From: Trueperaceae bacterium
Lineage (GTDB): Bacteria; Deinococcota; Deinococci; Deinococcales; Trueperaceae
Assembly: GCA_965215565.1 (NCBI GenBank)
Contig: CBDCDZ010000004.1
Coordinates: 1,984,001-2,048,000, forward strand
Direction of reading: 5' to 3'
Length of the DNA: 64,000 nucleotides
Part shown: positions 49,461 to 58,005 of the stretch, piece after piece
Numbering within the stretch: the stretch's first letter is position 1
Layout: the number at the start of each line of letters is the position of its first letter
Program-made: the position numbers and the translations under genes
The notes under the pieces: generated by a model
The model's input: the letters and a program-made list of their open reading frames with translations, nothing else
Told to the model about the DNA's origin: nothing
Database searches by the model: none

Positions 49461-50137
49461 ATGTCCGCCAAGTTCAGCGAGAGGTCGACGCAGGAAAAAT
49501 GAATAGTCCCGCCGACAGTAACCTCTCGCGTCCAGCCGCTTTCTTGTCTGACGTAATGCTCGAGCCTCTCCTCTATACTTGAGACGATGAGGTACGTCTG
49601 CAACGTCGGGGTACTCTGATACGCCAGGAGCTTTTCACGTCTATTAGCAGGTATCATCTGGTTTGAAACGTTCTCACTGTTCGAAGTGGCGTTGCTAGGC
49701 AGCAAACTGCGTAACTAGCACGCACGTTCGGTGATGATGCTTTTGGCGCTGCCAAAACTTCCGTAAGCGCTCATCTGTCTCAGTATGACTTGGAACCGCT
49801 ATATCTACCAACTCAGTGCTTTTTGAAAGCACTTCAACTATCAGGCAGGGTTTCATCTTGACGAGTGGGTCCGCGTCCTCTTTACACACCACCATGACGC
49901 CGGGGTAATAAAACGCACCGCTTGGCGTACGCACCTTCATGTCACTCGCGAAGACACGGCAGCCCTTCTCCCTGGCGCTCGCCCACAGCTTGACCACTAA
50001 ACCCAGCGCGAGCTGGTTGTGCCTGTCCGTCGTTCCTGCTAGAGCAAAGATTTCGCCCGCCACGTAATTGTGCTTGACGGGGCTGTCGGCTTCTAGCTCG
50101 AGTCCTCCACATTCAAGAGGGGATGTTCAAGCGCCAT
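49448..50137 (-). pseudogene. Uma2 family pseudogene (element insertion plus frameshift)
   Basis: Removing 49645-49804 restores ...VEVLSKSTELVD-RREKLLAY...; frameshift near 50101 (VED/LELEADSPVKH); YYPG in place of the usual YYPD. Confidence 0.85.
49645..49801 (+). mobile_element. Family-1 element, copy F (157 bp) with 3-bp target duplication TAT
   Basis: TAT(49642-49644)-TAGCAGGTATC...GGAACCGCTA-TAT(49802-49804), inside the Uma2 coding sequence. Confidence 0.85.
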
Positions 50138-50236
50138 GTTCTACCACCCCTAAGTATAGCTCCATAGCAGGGCGCGTTCCACTTTAGGGCTCGCTTCGCG
50201 TGATACGGTTGTTGGGTAAAGAGAAGGGGGTTCGTC

Positions 50237-50791
50237 ATGGGTTCACAAGCTAACGACGTCGCCGACTGGCTTTTAATGCCGTGGAGCGTCATACCGCTCA
50301 TCATCATCACAACCGTAGGGGTATATAGCGCTATCATCTTGCTCACCCGAATCAATGGACTGCGCTCATTTTCAAAGATGTCGGGTTTCGACTTCGCGAT
50401 GACGGTGGCGATTGGCTCGCTTTTTGCTACCACGATTGCCACCGGGACGCCGGGTATGCTCCAGGGCATCACCGCGCTCGCCACCATCTTCGCGTGTCAG
50501 CGTATCGTGGCGTTTTTGCGCTCGAGGGACGACGACTTGCGCAACCTCATCGACAACGAGCCCGTGCTGCTCATGGACGGCACGACGATTTTGCATGAAA
50601 ATTTAACGCGCGTGCGCGTCACCGAAAAGGATTTATACGGTAAGCTGCGCGAGGCGAACGTGGTAAACGTCAAACAGGTTCGCGCGGTGGTGCTGGAATC
50701 CACCGGCGACATCTCCGTGCTCTGCAACTTACCGGACCCGGACGACGAGCTGAGTGGAGCAGTCATGACGGGCGTTAAAAAGCGGGCGTAA
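50237..50791 (+). CDS. DUF421 (YetF-like) membrane protein
   Basis: GLRSFSKMSGFDFAMTVAIGS, NEPVLLMDG, LREANV, LESTGDISV. Confidence 0.85.
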   Translation: MGSQANDVADWLLMPWSVIPLIIITTVGVYSAIILLTRINGLRSFSKMSGFDFAMTVAIGSLFATTIATGTPGMLQGITALATIFACQRIVAFLRSRDDDLRNLIDNEPVLLMDGTTILHENLTRVRVTEKDLYGKLREANVVNVKQVRAVVLESTGDISVLCNLPDPDDELSGAVMTGVKKRA

Positions 50792-50845
50792 GCTCGCGTC
50801 ACCGCTCTTTCCACATGCAGACTCTCTACAAAAGGAGACCCGCTT

Positions 50846-51385
50846 ATGTCAACTTTAGCCGACTGGTTTCTGACCTCTTGGGCTAGCGTTCTGCTCATCG
50901 TTTTGTCAACGGTAGGCGTCTACACGGTTATCATCGCTCTCACACGCTTCAACGGACTGCGCTCGTTCTCCAAAATGTCAGGTTTTGACTTCGCCATGAC
51001 GGTAGCGGTGGGCTCGCTTTTCGCGGGGACGATTATTTCGAACGACCCGCCCCTCCTTCGCGGCGCGGTGGCGCTCGCCAGCATTTTTGCAGGACAGCGC
51101 CTTGTTGCGTCTTTACGGGTGCAAGGTAAATCGATGCGGCAACTTATCGACAATGAGCCGCTCTTGCTGATGAAGGGCGAAACCATCTACCACGAGAACC
51201 TCAAAAAGGCGCGCGTCACCGAAGATGACCTCTACGGCAAGCTGCGCGAGGCGAACGTGCTCAACCTGAGCCAAGTTCGCGCCGTCGTGTTCGAGTCTAC
51301 AGGCGATGTGTCGGTTCTGCACGGCGACGAGAACGGACCCGAACTCAGCGACGAGATTATGAGCGGAGTGCAAGAGCGTTACTAA
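50846..51385 (+). CDS. DUF421 (YetF-like) membrane protein, tandem paralog
   Basis: Same motifs as the preceding gene. Confidence 0.85.
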   Translation: MSTLADWFLTSWASVLLIVLSTVGVYTVIIALTRFNGLRSFSKMSGFDFAMTVAVGSLFAGTIISNDPPLLRGAVALASIFAGQRLVASLRVQGKSMRQLIDNEPLLLMKGETIYHENLKKARVTEDDLYGKLREANVLNLSQVRAVVFESTGDVSVLHGDENGPELSDEIMSGVQERY

Positions 51386-51434
51386 AGACGCTAGGCACCT
51401 CGTCCTCTTCGCGCCAAGCCTGCTCACGGGGCTC

Positions 51435-51968
51435 TTGGGGGGCGGATGGTTGTTGTGGCGTCCACTCGAGCTAGAAGCCGATGCCGACCTCTTGACCGTG
51501 CTACTCGTCGCTGCTGGGCTCGCAGCCGGGCTCTTGGGCGGCGCGTGGCTCTTAGAAAAGCTGCTCCCCTCCTTCCGCACCGCGAGTAAGCTTCTGGAGC
51601 GTGTCCTGTCTCGTTTGCCTATCTCGCTGCCGCTCGCGTTGACCTTTGCCGCGCTCACCTCCGTTTCCGAGGAACTCTTCTTTCGCGGCGCGCTCCTCTC
51701 GCTCTTCGGCGCGTCGCCCTTTGGCGTCTGGGGGCAAGCGCTCATCTTTGGGCTTCTGCACCCCGCACCGCTCAAGGGTTGGAGCTATACGGTCTACACC
51801 TTTGTCGCGGGGTTGGCGTTCGGCTACGTGACGCTCCTGACGGGCAGCCTGTGGGCGGCGATGCTCGCGCATTTCTTCGTCAATCTGCAAGGCTTTTTAG
51901 AGGTGCGGCGTTCGCAGCGCCGACGGAACGAGAGGTTAGCCGCGGCGAACAGCTCGAGCCAGTATTAA
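51435..51968 (+). CDS. CPBP (CAAX/Abi) intramembrane metalloprotease
   Basis: SEELFFRG, FGLLH, AHFFVN; start codon uncertain. Confidence 0.85.
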   Translation: MGGGWLLWRPLELEADADLLTVLLVAAGLAAGLLGGAWLLEKLLPSFRTASKLLERVLSRLPISLPLALTFAALTSVSEELFFRGALLSLFGASPFGVWGQALIFGLLHPAPLKGWSYTVYTFVAGLAFGYVTLLTGSLWAAMLAHFFVNLQGFLEVRRSQRRRNERLAAANSSSQY

Positions 51969-51974
51969 ATAAAG

Positions 51975-52150
51975 TAGCAATTCTACGTAACGTTGCTTGA
52001 ACGTAGTTATTCCCGGAGGGAAACTTCGTAGGCGAAGCAACACTTCTCGCTTATGCGAGTTTTCGCTTGGTGAAGGGTATCGTCTCCGAAAGTGCGTGCT
52101 CGTCGGTGGTCTCAAACGTGAGCGTGTTTGTGACCCGGTAGTACCTGCTA
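51975..52150 (-). mobile_element. Family-1 element, copy H
   Basis: Ends ...GTACCTGCTA (52150) and TAGCAATTC (51975); shares CGTTGCTTG, GCGAAGCAACACTT and GAAAGTGCGTGCT with copy D. Confidence 0.7.
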
Positions 52151-52169
52151 TTGGTTTAGACTCGAGCCT

Positions 52170-53159
52170 ATGATTCGCCGCATCTTCGCCTCTGCTGTTT
52201 CTCTTTACGTCGCCCTCCTAATCTTGCTCGCGCTACTGAACGCCGCGCTCGCCGATCCGCCCGTCTGGGTGGCGCTCCCCAACATCTTTACCGCGCTCTG
52301 GTTTTTACCGCTCGCCTTACTCATCCCCTTAGTCTTTCTCATTAAGTCTTTCCAACTGAAAGTCGCGACACTCGCGTTTTATGTGCTTTTTATCTTGATG
52401 TTCGGCCCGTGGCTTCTGCCTAGAGCTGTCCCGGAGACGGACGCACCCACCCTGCGTTTCGTCACGCTCAACCAGTTGGCGAACAATAACAGTGCGGAAA
52501 GCATTATAGACGCAGTGACCGCACACGGCGCGGACGTTATCGCCATCCAAGAACTTTCACCCGCAGTCGCGGACGCGCTAGCCGAACTAGGGGACTATCC
52601 GCATCAAGTCCTAAATGCCTACGAGACGCTCCGCAATGAACCTTCGGTAGGTTTGGGCGTCGTCAGCCGTTATCCGCTATCCGCTGAAACGTACGACCCA
52701 CAAACGAGAGTCCAAGAGGTCTTCGTGCGCGTAGAGGACCAAACCGTCACCCTGCTCAACGTCCACCCGCCAACGCCTTTTGGTAACGATCTGCCCCCGG
52801 AAGTTCTTCTGTCTACGGTGCGCAGCTACGACGCGGGCGTGCGCAACGACAACTTAGTGGGTATTTTGGAACTAGCGGACGACGCGCAAGAACCCGTCGT
52901 CATCTTGGGCGACTTTAACCTGAGCGACTTCGAGGCGGCGTATAGGGATTTCGCGGTGGTGTTCGAGAACGTCTACCGCGCTGCCGAGGGCGGTTTCGGC
53001 TTTACCTTTCCTGCGAATAGAGACCTGCCGCCCTTCCCCTTCATCCGCATCGATCACATCTGGGTCTCAGAGGAGCTGACGCCACTACGCGCCGGGACGG
53101 ACTGCCGCGAAACGGGCTCGGACCACTGTCTCGTGTGGGGCGAGGTAGCGCTGCCCTAA
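52170..53159 (+). CDS. Endonuclease/exonuclease/phosphatase family membrane protein
   Basis: Three N-terminal TM helices; IAIQE, LGDFN, RIDHIW, GSDH. Confidence 0.9.
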   Translation: MIRRIFASAVSLYVALLILLALLNAALADPPVWVALPNIFTALWFLPLALLIPLVFLIKSFQLKVATLAFYVLFILMFGPWLLPRAVPETDAPTLRFVTLNQLANNNSAESIIDAVTAHGADVIAIQELSPAVADALAELGDYPHQVLNAYETLRNEPSVGLGVVSRYPLSAETYDPQTRVQEVFVRVEDQTVTLLNVHPPTPFGNDLPPEVLLSTVRSYDAGVRNDNLVGILELADDAQEPVVILGDFNLSDFEAAYRDFAVVFENVYRAAEGGFGFTFPANRDLPPFPFIRIDHIWVSEELTPLRAGTDCRETGSDHCLVWGEVALP

Positions 53160-53457
53160 ATTTCCTAAATTGAGGTGAGGCTCGAGCCCCCGCAGCAGGG
53201 CTCCTTTTTATCAATCCGTTTATCAACCTGCGCTGAACGTCCTAAAAAGTCTTACGCGCGCTGCCAAACGTGAGACTTGGGGCTATACTCGAGCCTCACG
53301 TACGTGGTAAAAAATACACACGGGAGCTACTGTCACGCTATTTTATGCGTTTTGTACAGATTTCTTTACACACCTCGTAGCCGCCGTTCTTACGCGCCGC
53401 GTTTCTAACCCACCCATTTCTGATCACCGTGTTTTTGACCTCAAAAGGAGAGCACCC

Positions 53458-56400
53458 ATGAACCGAACTAGGCTAGGACTCGTTGACCCGTCCTATGAGC
53501 ACGCGAACTGCGGCGTGGGCGTTCTGGTTGACCTCAAAGGGACTCAGCGGCACAGCTTGGTGCAGCAGGGTTTGGACCTCTTAGCCGATCTCGACCACCG
53601 CGGCGCGCGGGGCGCGGAGGAGGCGACGGGCGACGGCGCGGGCATCATGATGCAAGTTCCTCACGCCTTTTTTAGCGACCTCTTGCCCGCTCTAGGTGGC
53701 GCAGGCAGCTACGGCGTCGGTCAGATGTTTATGCCGCGAGAGGACGAAAAGCGCGGCACCTTACGAGACCTCATCTGCGAGGTCGTCCAGGCATCGGGTT
53801 TCGGCGTCGTCGCCTGGCGCGACGTCCCTACCGACCACACGGGTCTCGGCGAGACTGCCCTAAAGAGTGAACCCGCTGTGGCGCAGCTTTTTGTCAAACC
53901 AGAGGAGGATTTAGGGACGGAAGCGTTTGACGCGCAGCTCTATATGTTACGCCATAAGATCGACCAAGAGGTCAGGTTGAGAGCGCCGGAGGATGTGGAC
54001 GCGCTCTACATCTGCTCGCTCGACAGGCGGCGCATCGTCTACAAAGGACTGCTGACCTGCCATCAACTGAGGACGTACTACCCGGACCTTTCGGACGGGC
54101 GTTTCACCTCGAGCCTCGCGCTCGTCCACGCCCGCTTCTCGACGAACACGCTGGGCGCGTGGAAGCTCGCGCACCCGTACCGCACCATCATTCATAACGG
54201 CGAAATCAACACGCTGCGCGGCAACTGCAACTGGATGCGGGCGCGCGAGGCGGTTTTAGCCTCGGACAAACTCGGCAATATAGGAACGCTCACGCCGCTG
54301 GTGTCGCAGGGCTCGAGCGACACCGCCGCACTGGACAGCGTATTAGAACTCCTCATCGCCGCCGGACGCGATTTGCCCCACGCGCTGCGGATGCTCGTCC
54401 CCGAAGCGTGGCAAAAGGACGAGACGATGAGCGAAGAGCGCCGCGCCTTTTACGACTATCACTCTACGCTCGTGGAGCCCTGGGACGGACCCGCTTTAAT
54501 CGCTGTAACCGACGGTAGCCGCGTCGCCGCCGTTTTGGACCGCAACGGGCTCAGACCCTGCCGCTACTTGGTGACGAAGTCGGGGTTGCTCGTCATGGCG
54601 AGCGAGGCGGGCGTGTTGCAGATTCCGCCCGAAGAGGTCCAGTTCAGGGGGCGCTTAGAGCCCGGACAGATGTTCTTAGCGGACACGGATGAAGGGCGCA
54701 TCGTCCCCGAGGGGGAGATTTTCGGCGCGCTGACCGACGAGAAGTACGCGCGGTGGTTGGAGGACAACCGCCTCAAGCTGCGCGACCTCTTGGGTGAAGA
54801 ACCAGATGAAGCACCAGCAACGGACGAGGACAAGGGCTCACCTGAAACGCTGCGCGGCTACCAGCGCGCGTTCGGCTACACCTCAGAAGAGCTTCGCTAC
54901 CTCCTCACGCCGATGGCGAACGAGGGTAAAGACCCCGTCGGCGCGATGGGCAGCGACACGCCGCCGGCGGCGCTGTCCACCCACGACAGACCGCTCTCAC
55001 GCTACTTTACGCAGCTCTTCGCACAGGTCTCGAACCCGCCGCTGGACTACCTCCGCGAATCCCTCGTGACCTCGCTGCAAACCCATATCGGCAGGCAGCG
55101 CAACCTCTTGGACGAGACGCCCGCGCACTGCCGGCGGCTCCTCTTAGACTCGCCCATCTTGACCTCTCGGGAGGTCCAAGTCATCAAGGGGTTGCGCCGA
55201 GACGGGCTCTACGCCTGCACATTAGACCTCACGTACGGGGTAGAAACCTCGTTGGAAGAGGCTTTAGAATCCCTCCGTCAGAGCGCGGGCGAAGCGATTC
55301 GCGACGGGTGTGAGCTGCTCGTCTTGTCCGACAGGGAGGTGAGCGCGTCGCGGCTGGCGGTTCCTAGCCTCTTAGCGGTGGGCGCGGTGCATCATCACCT
55401 CATTCGCAAAGGGCTCAGGGTGCACGTGGGGCTCGTCCTAGAGTCCGGCGATCCGCGCACCGTCCACGACTTCTGCACGCTGATCGGCTACGGCGCGGAC
55501 GCGGTGCATCCCTGGCTCGCCTTTGCGAGTATCTCCAAAATGGCAGGCAAGGCGCTCGCGCCTGACGCAGCCACCGCCATCGACCGTTACAGGGCGGCAC
55601 TCGAGGACGGCATCCTCAAAGTCATGTCGAAGATGGGCATTTCGACCTTGGAGAGCTACAAGGGTGCACAGGTCTTTCAGGTCATCGGCTTGGACTTTGG
55701 CCTTACCGATGAGTATTTTGAAGGGACCACGGCGCACGTGGAGGGCGTCGGCTTGGCGCAACTCGAGCGCGACCTCTTAGAGCGGCACGAGGCGGCCTTT
55801 GAGGACGCGGCCGTAGGGACGGGGCTCGAGCAGGGCGGTGACCTCTACTGGCGGCGCGACGGCGAGTTGCACCAGTGGAACCCACTGACCATCGGCAAGC
55901 TTCAGCACGCGGTCCGAGCGGACGACGCGGAGGCGTATAAGACCTTTGCGGCGTTCATCAACGAGCAGGACACGCGGCTGCAGACACTCTCAGGGCTCCT
56001 GGAATTAGACACTTTGGATGAGCCGCTTCCCTTAGACGAGGTTGAGCCCTGCGCGAACATCATGAAGCGCTTTGCGACGGGCTCGATGTCCTTTGGCTCC
56101 CTGAGCGAAGAAGCGCACGAGTCTTTGGCAGTCGCCATGAACCGCATCGGCGGCGTCTCCGGCACGGGCGAAGGGGGCGAGCCCGCGGAGCGGTTCGGCA
56201 CGGAGCGCGCGTGCTCGATGAAACAGGTTGCCTCGGGGCGTTTCGGCGTGACGATCGACTACTTGGTGAACGCGGCGCAGTTGGAGATCAAGATGGCGCA
56301 GGGCTCCAAGCCCGGTGAAGGGGGCGAGCTGCCCGGCGGCAAGGTGGACGACACCATCGCCCACGTGCGCTTCACCACCCCCGGCGTCGGGCTCATCTCG

Positions 56401-58005
56401 CCGCCGCCGCACCACGACATCTACTCCATCGAGGACTTGGCGCAACTCATTCACGACCTCAAATGCGCGAACCCCGAGGCGGAGGTGCACGTCAAGCTCG
56501 TCTCGAAGGCGGGCGTCGGGACGATTGCGGCGGGCGTGGCGAAGGCTCGAGCCGACGCGATTCTCATCAGTGGCGACTCGGGCGGCACGGGCGCATCCGT
56601 GAAGACGTCCATCAAGTCAGCGGGCGCACCCTGGGAGCTGGGTCTCGCGGAGGCGCACCAGTCGCTCCTAGCGACGCGGCTGCGTTCGAGGGTACGGCTG
56701 CGCGCAGATGGCGGTCTAAAAACGGGGCGTGACGTCGTCGTCGCCGCCCTACTCGGCGCGGAGCAGTACGGCTTCGGCACCGCGCCGCTCGTCGCCTTGG
56801 GCTGCGTGATGCTCCGTAAGTGCCACTGCAACACCTGTTCGGTAGGCGTCGCCACACAAGACCCGGAGTTGCGCAAGCGGTTCGCGGGCGAGCCCGAGCA
56901 CGTGGTCCGCTACATGGGCTTCATGGCGCAAGAGGTGCGCGGCATCATGGCGACGCTGGGCTTTCGCACGGTGGACGAGATGATCGGGCGCGTGGACAAG
57001 CTGCGCCAGAAAGAGGTCTCGCACCCCAAGGGCACGCGCTTCGACCTGTCGCAACTCCTCCACAACGAACCTTCTGAAGACGCGCCGCGCAAGACGCGAG
57101 AGCAGAACCATAAGTTGGACGAGAAGCTGGACTTAGACCTCATCGAAGGGGCAGAGGCGGCGTTGGAGAGAGGTGAAAGGGTTGTGCTCGAATCCAACAT
57201 ACGCAACTCTGACCGCACGCTCGGGACGATGCTCAGCTCGAGAATCGCCAAGCAGCAGGGCGGCAGTGCTCTCAAAGACGACACCATCACTGTCAATCTA
57301 ACAGGCTCTGCCGGGCAGAGCTTCGGCGCATTTTTAGCCAAAGGCGTGACGCTCCACCTCACGGGCGAGGCGAACGACTACGTCGGTAAGGGGCTCTCCG
57401 GCGGTAAGATCGTCGTCGAGACGCCCCCCGAGGTCTCCTATACGCCAAACCAGAATATCCTCATCGGCAACGTGGCTCTCTACGGCGCGACGCGCGGCGA
57501 GGCGTACTTTAACGGCGCGGCGGGCGAGCGCTTCGCGGTGCGCAACTCGGGCGTCTTGAGCGTGGTGGAGGGCGTCGGCGACCACGGCTGCGAGTACATG
57601 ACGGGCGGGGTGGTGGTGGTGCTCGGGAAGACGGGCAAGAACTTCGCGGCGGGGATGAGTGGCGGCGAGGCGTTCGTGTGGGACGAAGCGGGCGACTTCG
57701 AGGGGCGCGTGAACGCGGCCCGGGTGAACTTGGAGCCCTTGGAGCGCGAGCGGGACGTGAGGATGGTCAGGCGGCTCTTGGAGAACCACGCCGTCTACAC
57801 CGACAGCAGCAAGGCGAGGGAGATTCTGAGCGACTGGGACGCGGAGAGGAAGCGGTTCGTCAAGGTGATGCCCGAGGCCTACGCTGAAGCGGTGGAGCGC
57901 TTGGAAAGCGAGGGCAAGCAGGTCTTACCCGACGCGCCACCCTCACCCGAACAAAGGCAGGCGCAATCTCAAATTCAACACGCGCAAGGAGACGAGTCGT
58001 TATGA
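53458..58005 (+). CDS. gltB: Glutamate synthase large subunit
   Basis: NCGVG amidotransferase start, HARFSTNT, KQVASGRFGV, KPGEGG, CVMLRKCHCNTC, GXGXG C-terminal domain. Confidence 0.97.
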   Translation: MNRTRLGLVDPSYEHANCGVGVLVDLKGTQRHSLVQQGLDLLADLDHRGARGAEEATGDGAGIMMQVPHAFFSDLLPALGGAGSYGVGQMFMPREDEKRGTLRDLICEVVQASGFGVVAWRDVPTDHTGLGETALKSEPAVAQLFVKPEEDLGTEAFDAQLYMLRHKIDQEVRLRAPEDVDALYICSLDRRRIVYKGLLTCHQLRTYYPDLSDGRFTSSLALVHARFSTNTLGAWKLAHPYRTIIHNGEINTLRGNCNWMRAREAVLASDKLGNIGTLTPLVSQGSSDTAALDSVLELLIAAGRDLPHALRMLVPEAWQKDETMSEERRAFYDYHSTLVEPWDGPALIAVTDGSRVAAVLDRNGLRPCRYLVTKSGLLVMASEAGVLQIPPEEVQFRGRLEPGQMFLADTDEGRIVPEGEIFGALTDEKYARWLEDNRLKLRDLLGEEPDEAPATDEDKGSPETLRGYQRAFGYTSEELRYLLTPMANEGKDPVGAMGSDTPPAALSTHDRPLSRYFTQLFAQVSNPPLDYLRESLVTSLQTHIGRQRNLLDETPAHCRRLLLDSPILTSREVQVIKGLRRDGLYACTLDLTYGVETSLEEALESLRQSAGEAIRDGCELLVLSDREVSASRLAVPSLLAVGAVHHHLIRKGLRVHVGLVLESGDPRTVHDFCTLIGYGADAVHPWLAFASISKMAGKALAPDAATAIDRYRAALEDGILKVMSKMGISTLESYKGAQVFQVIGLDFGLTDEYFEGTTAHVEGVGLAQLERDLLERHEAAFEDAAVGTGLEQGGDLYWRRDGELHQWNPLTIGKLQHAVRADDAEAYKTFAAFINEQDTRLQTLSGLLELDTLDEPLPLDEVEPCANIMKRFATGSMSFGSLSEEAHESLAVAMNRIGGVSGTGEGGEPAERFGTERACSMKQVASGRFGVTIDYLVNAAQLEIKMAQGSKPGEGGELPGGKVDDTIAHVRFTTPGVGLISPPPHHDIYSIEDLAQLIHDLKCANPEAEVHVKLVSKAGVGTIAAGVAKARADAILISGDSGGTGASVKTSIKSAGAPWELGLAEAHQSLLATRLRSRVRLRADGGLKTGRDVVVAALLGAEQYGFGTAPLVALGCVMLRKCHCNTCSVGVATQDPELRKRFAGEPEHVVRYMGFMAQEVRGIMATLGFRTVDEMIGRVDKLRQKEVSHPKGTRFDLSQLLHNEPSEDAPRKTREQNHKLDEKLDLDLIEGAEAALERGERVVLESNIRNSDRTLGTMLSSRIAKQQGGSALKDDTITVNLTGSAGQSFGAFLAKGVTLHLTGEANDYVGKGLSGGKIVVETPPEVSYTPNQNILIGNVALYGATRGEAYFNGAAGERFAVRNSGVLSVVEGVGDHGCEYMTGGVVVVLGKTGKNFAAGMSGGEAFVWDEAGDFEGRVNAARVNLEPLERERDVRMVRRLLENHAVYTDSSKAREILSDWDAERKRFVKVMPEAYAEAVERLESEGKQVLPDAPPSPEQRQAQSQIQHAQGDESL

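Noticed and set aside
53340..53362. RDRM/DdrO-like box upstream of gltB
   Set aside because: Half-site spacing does not fit the 17-bp palindrome.
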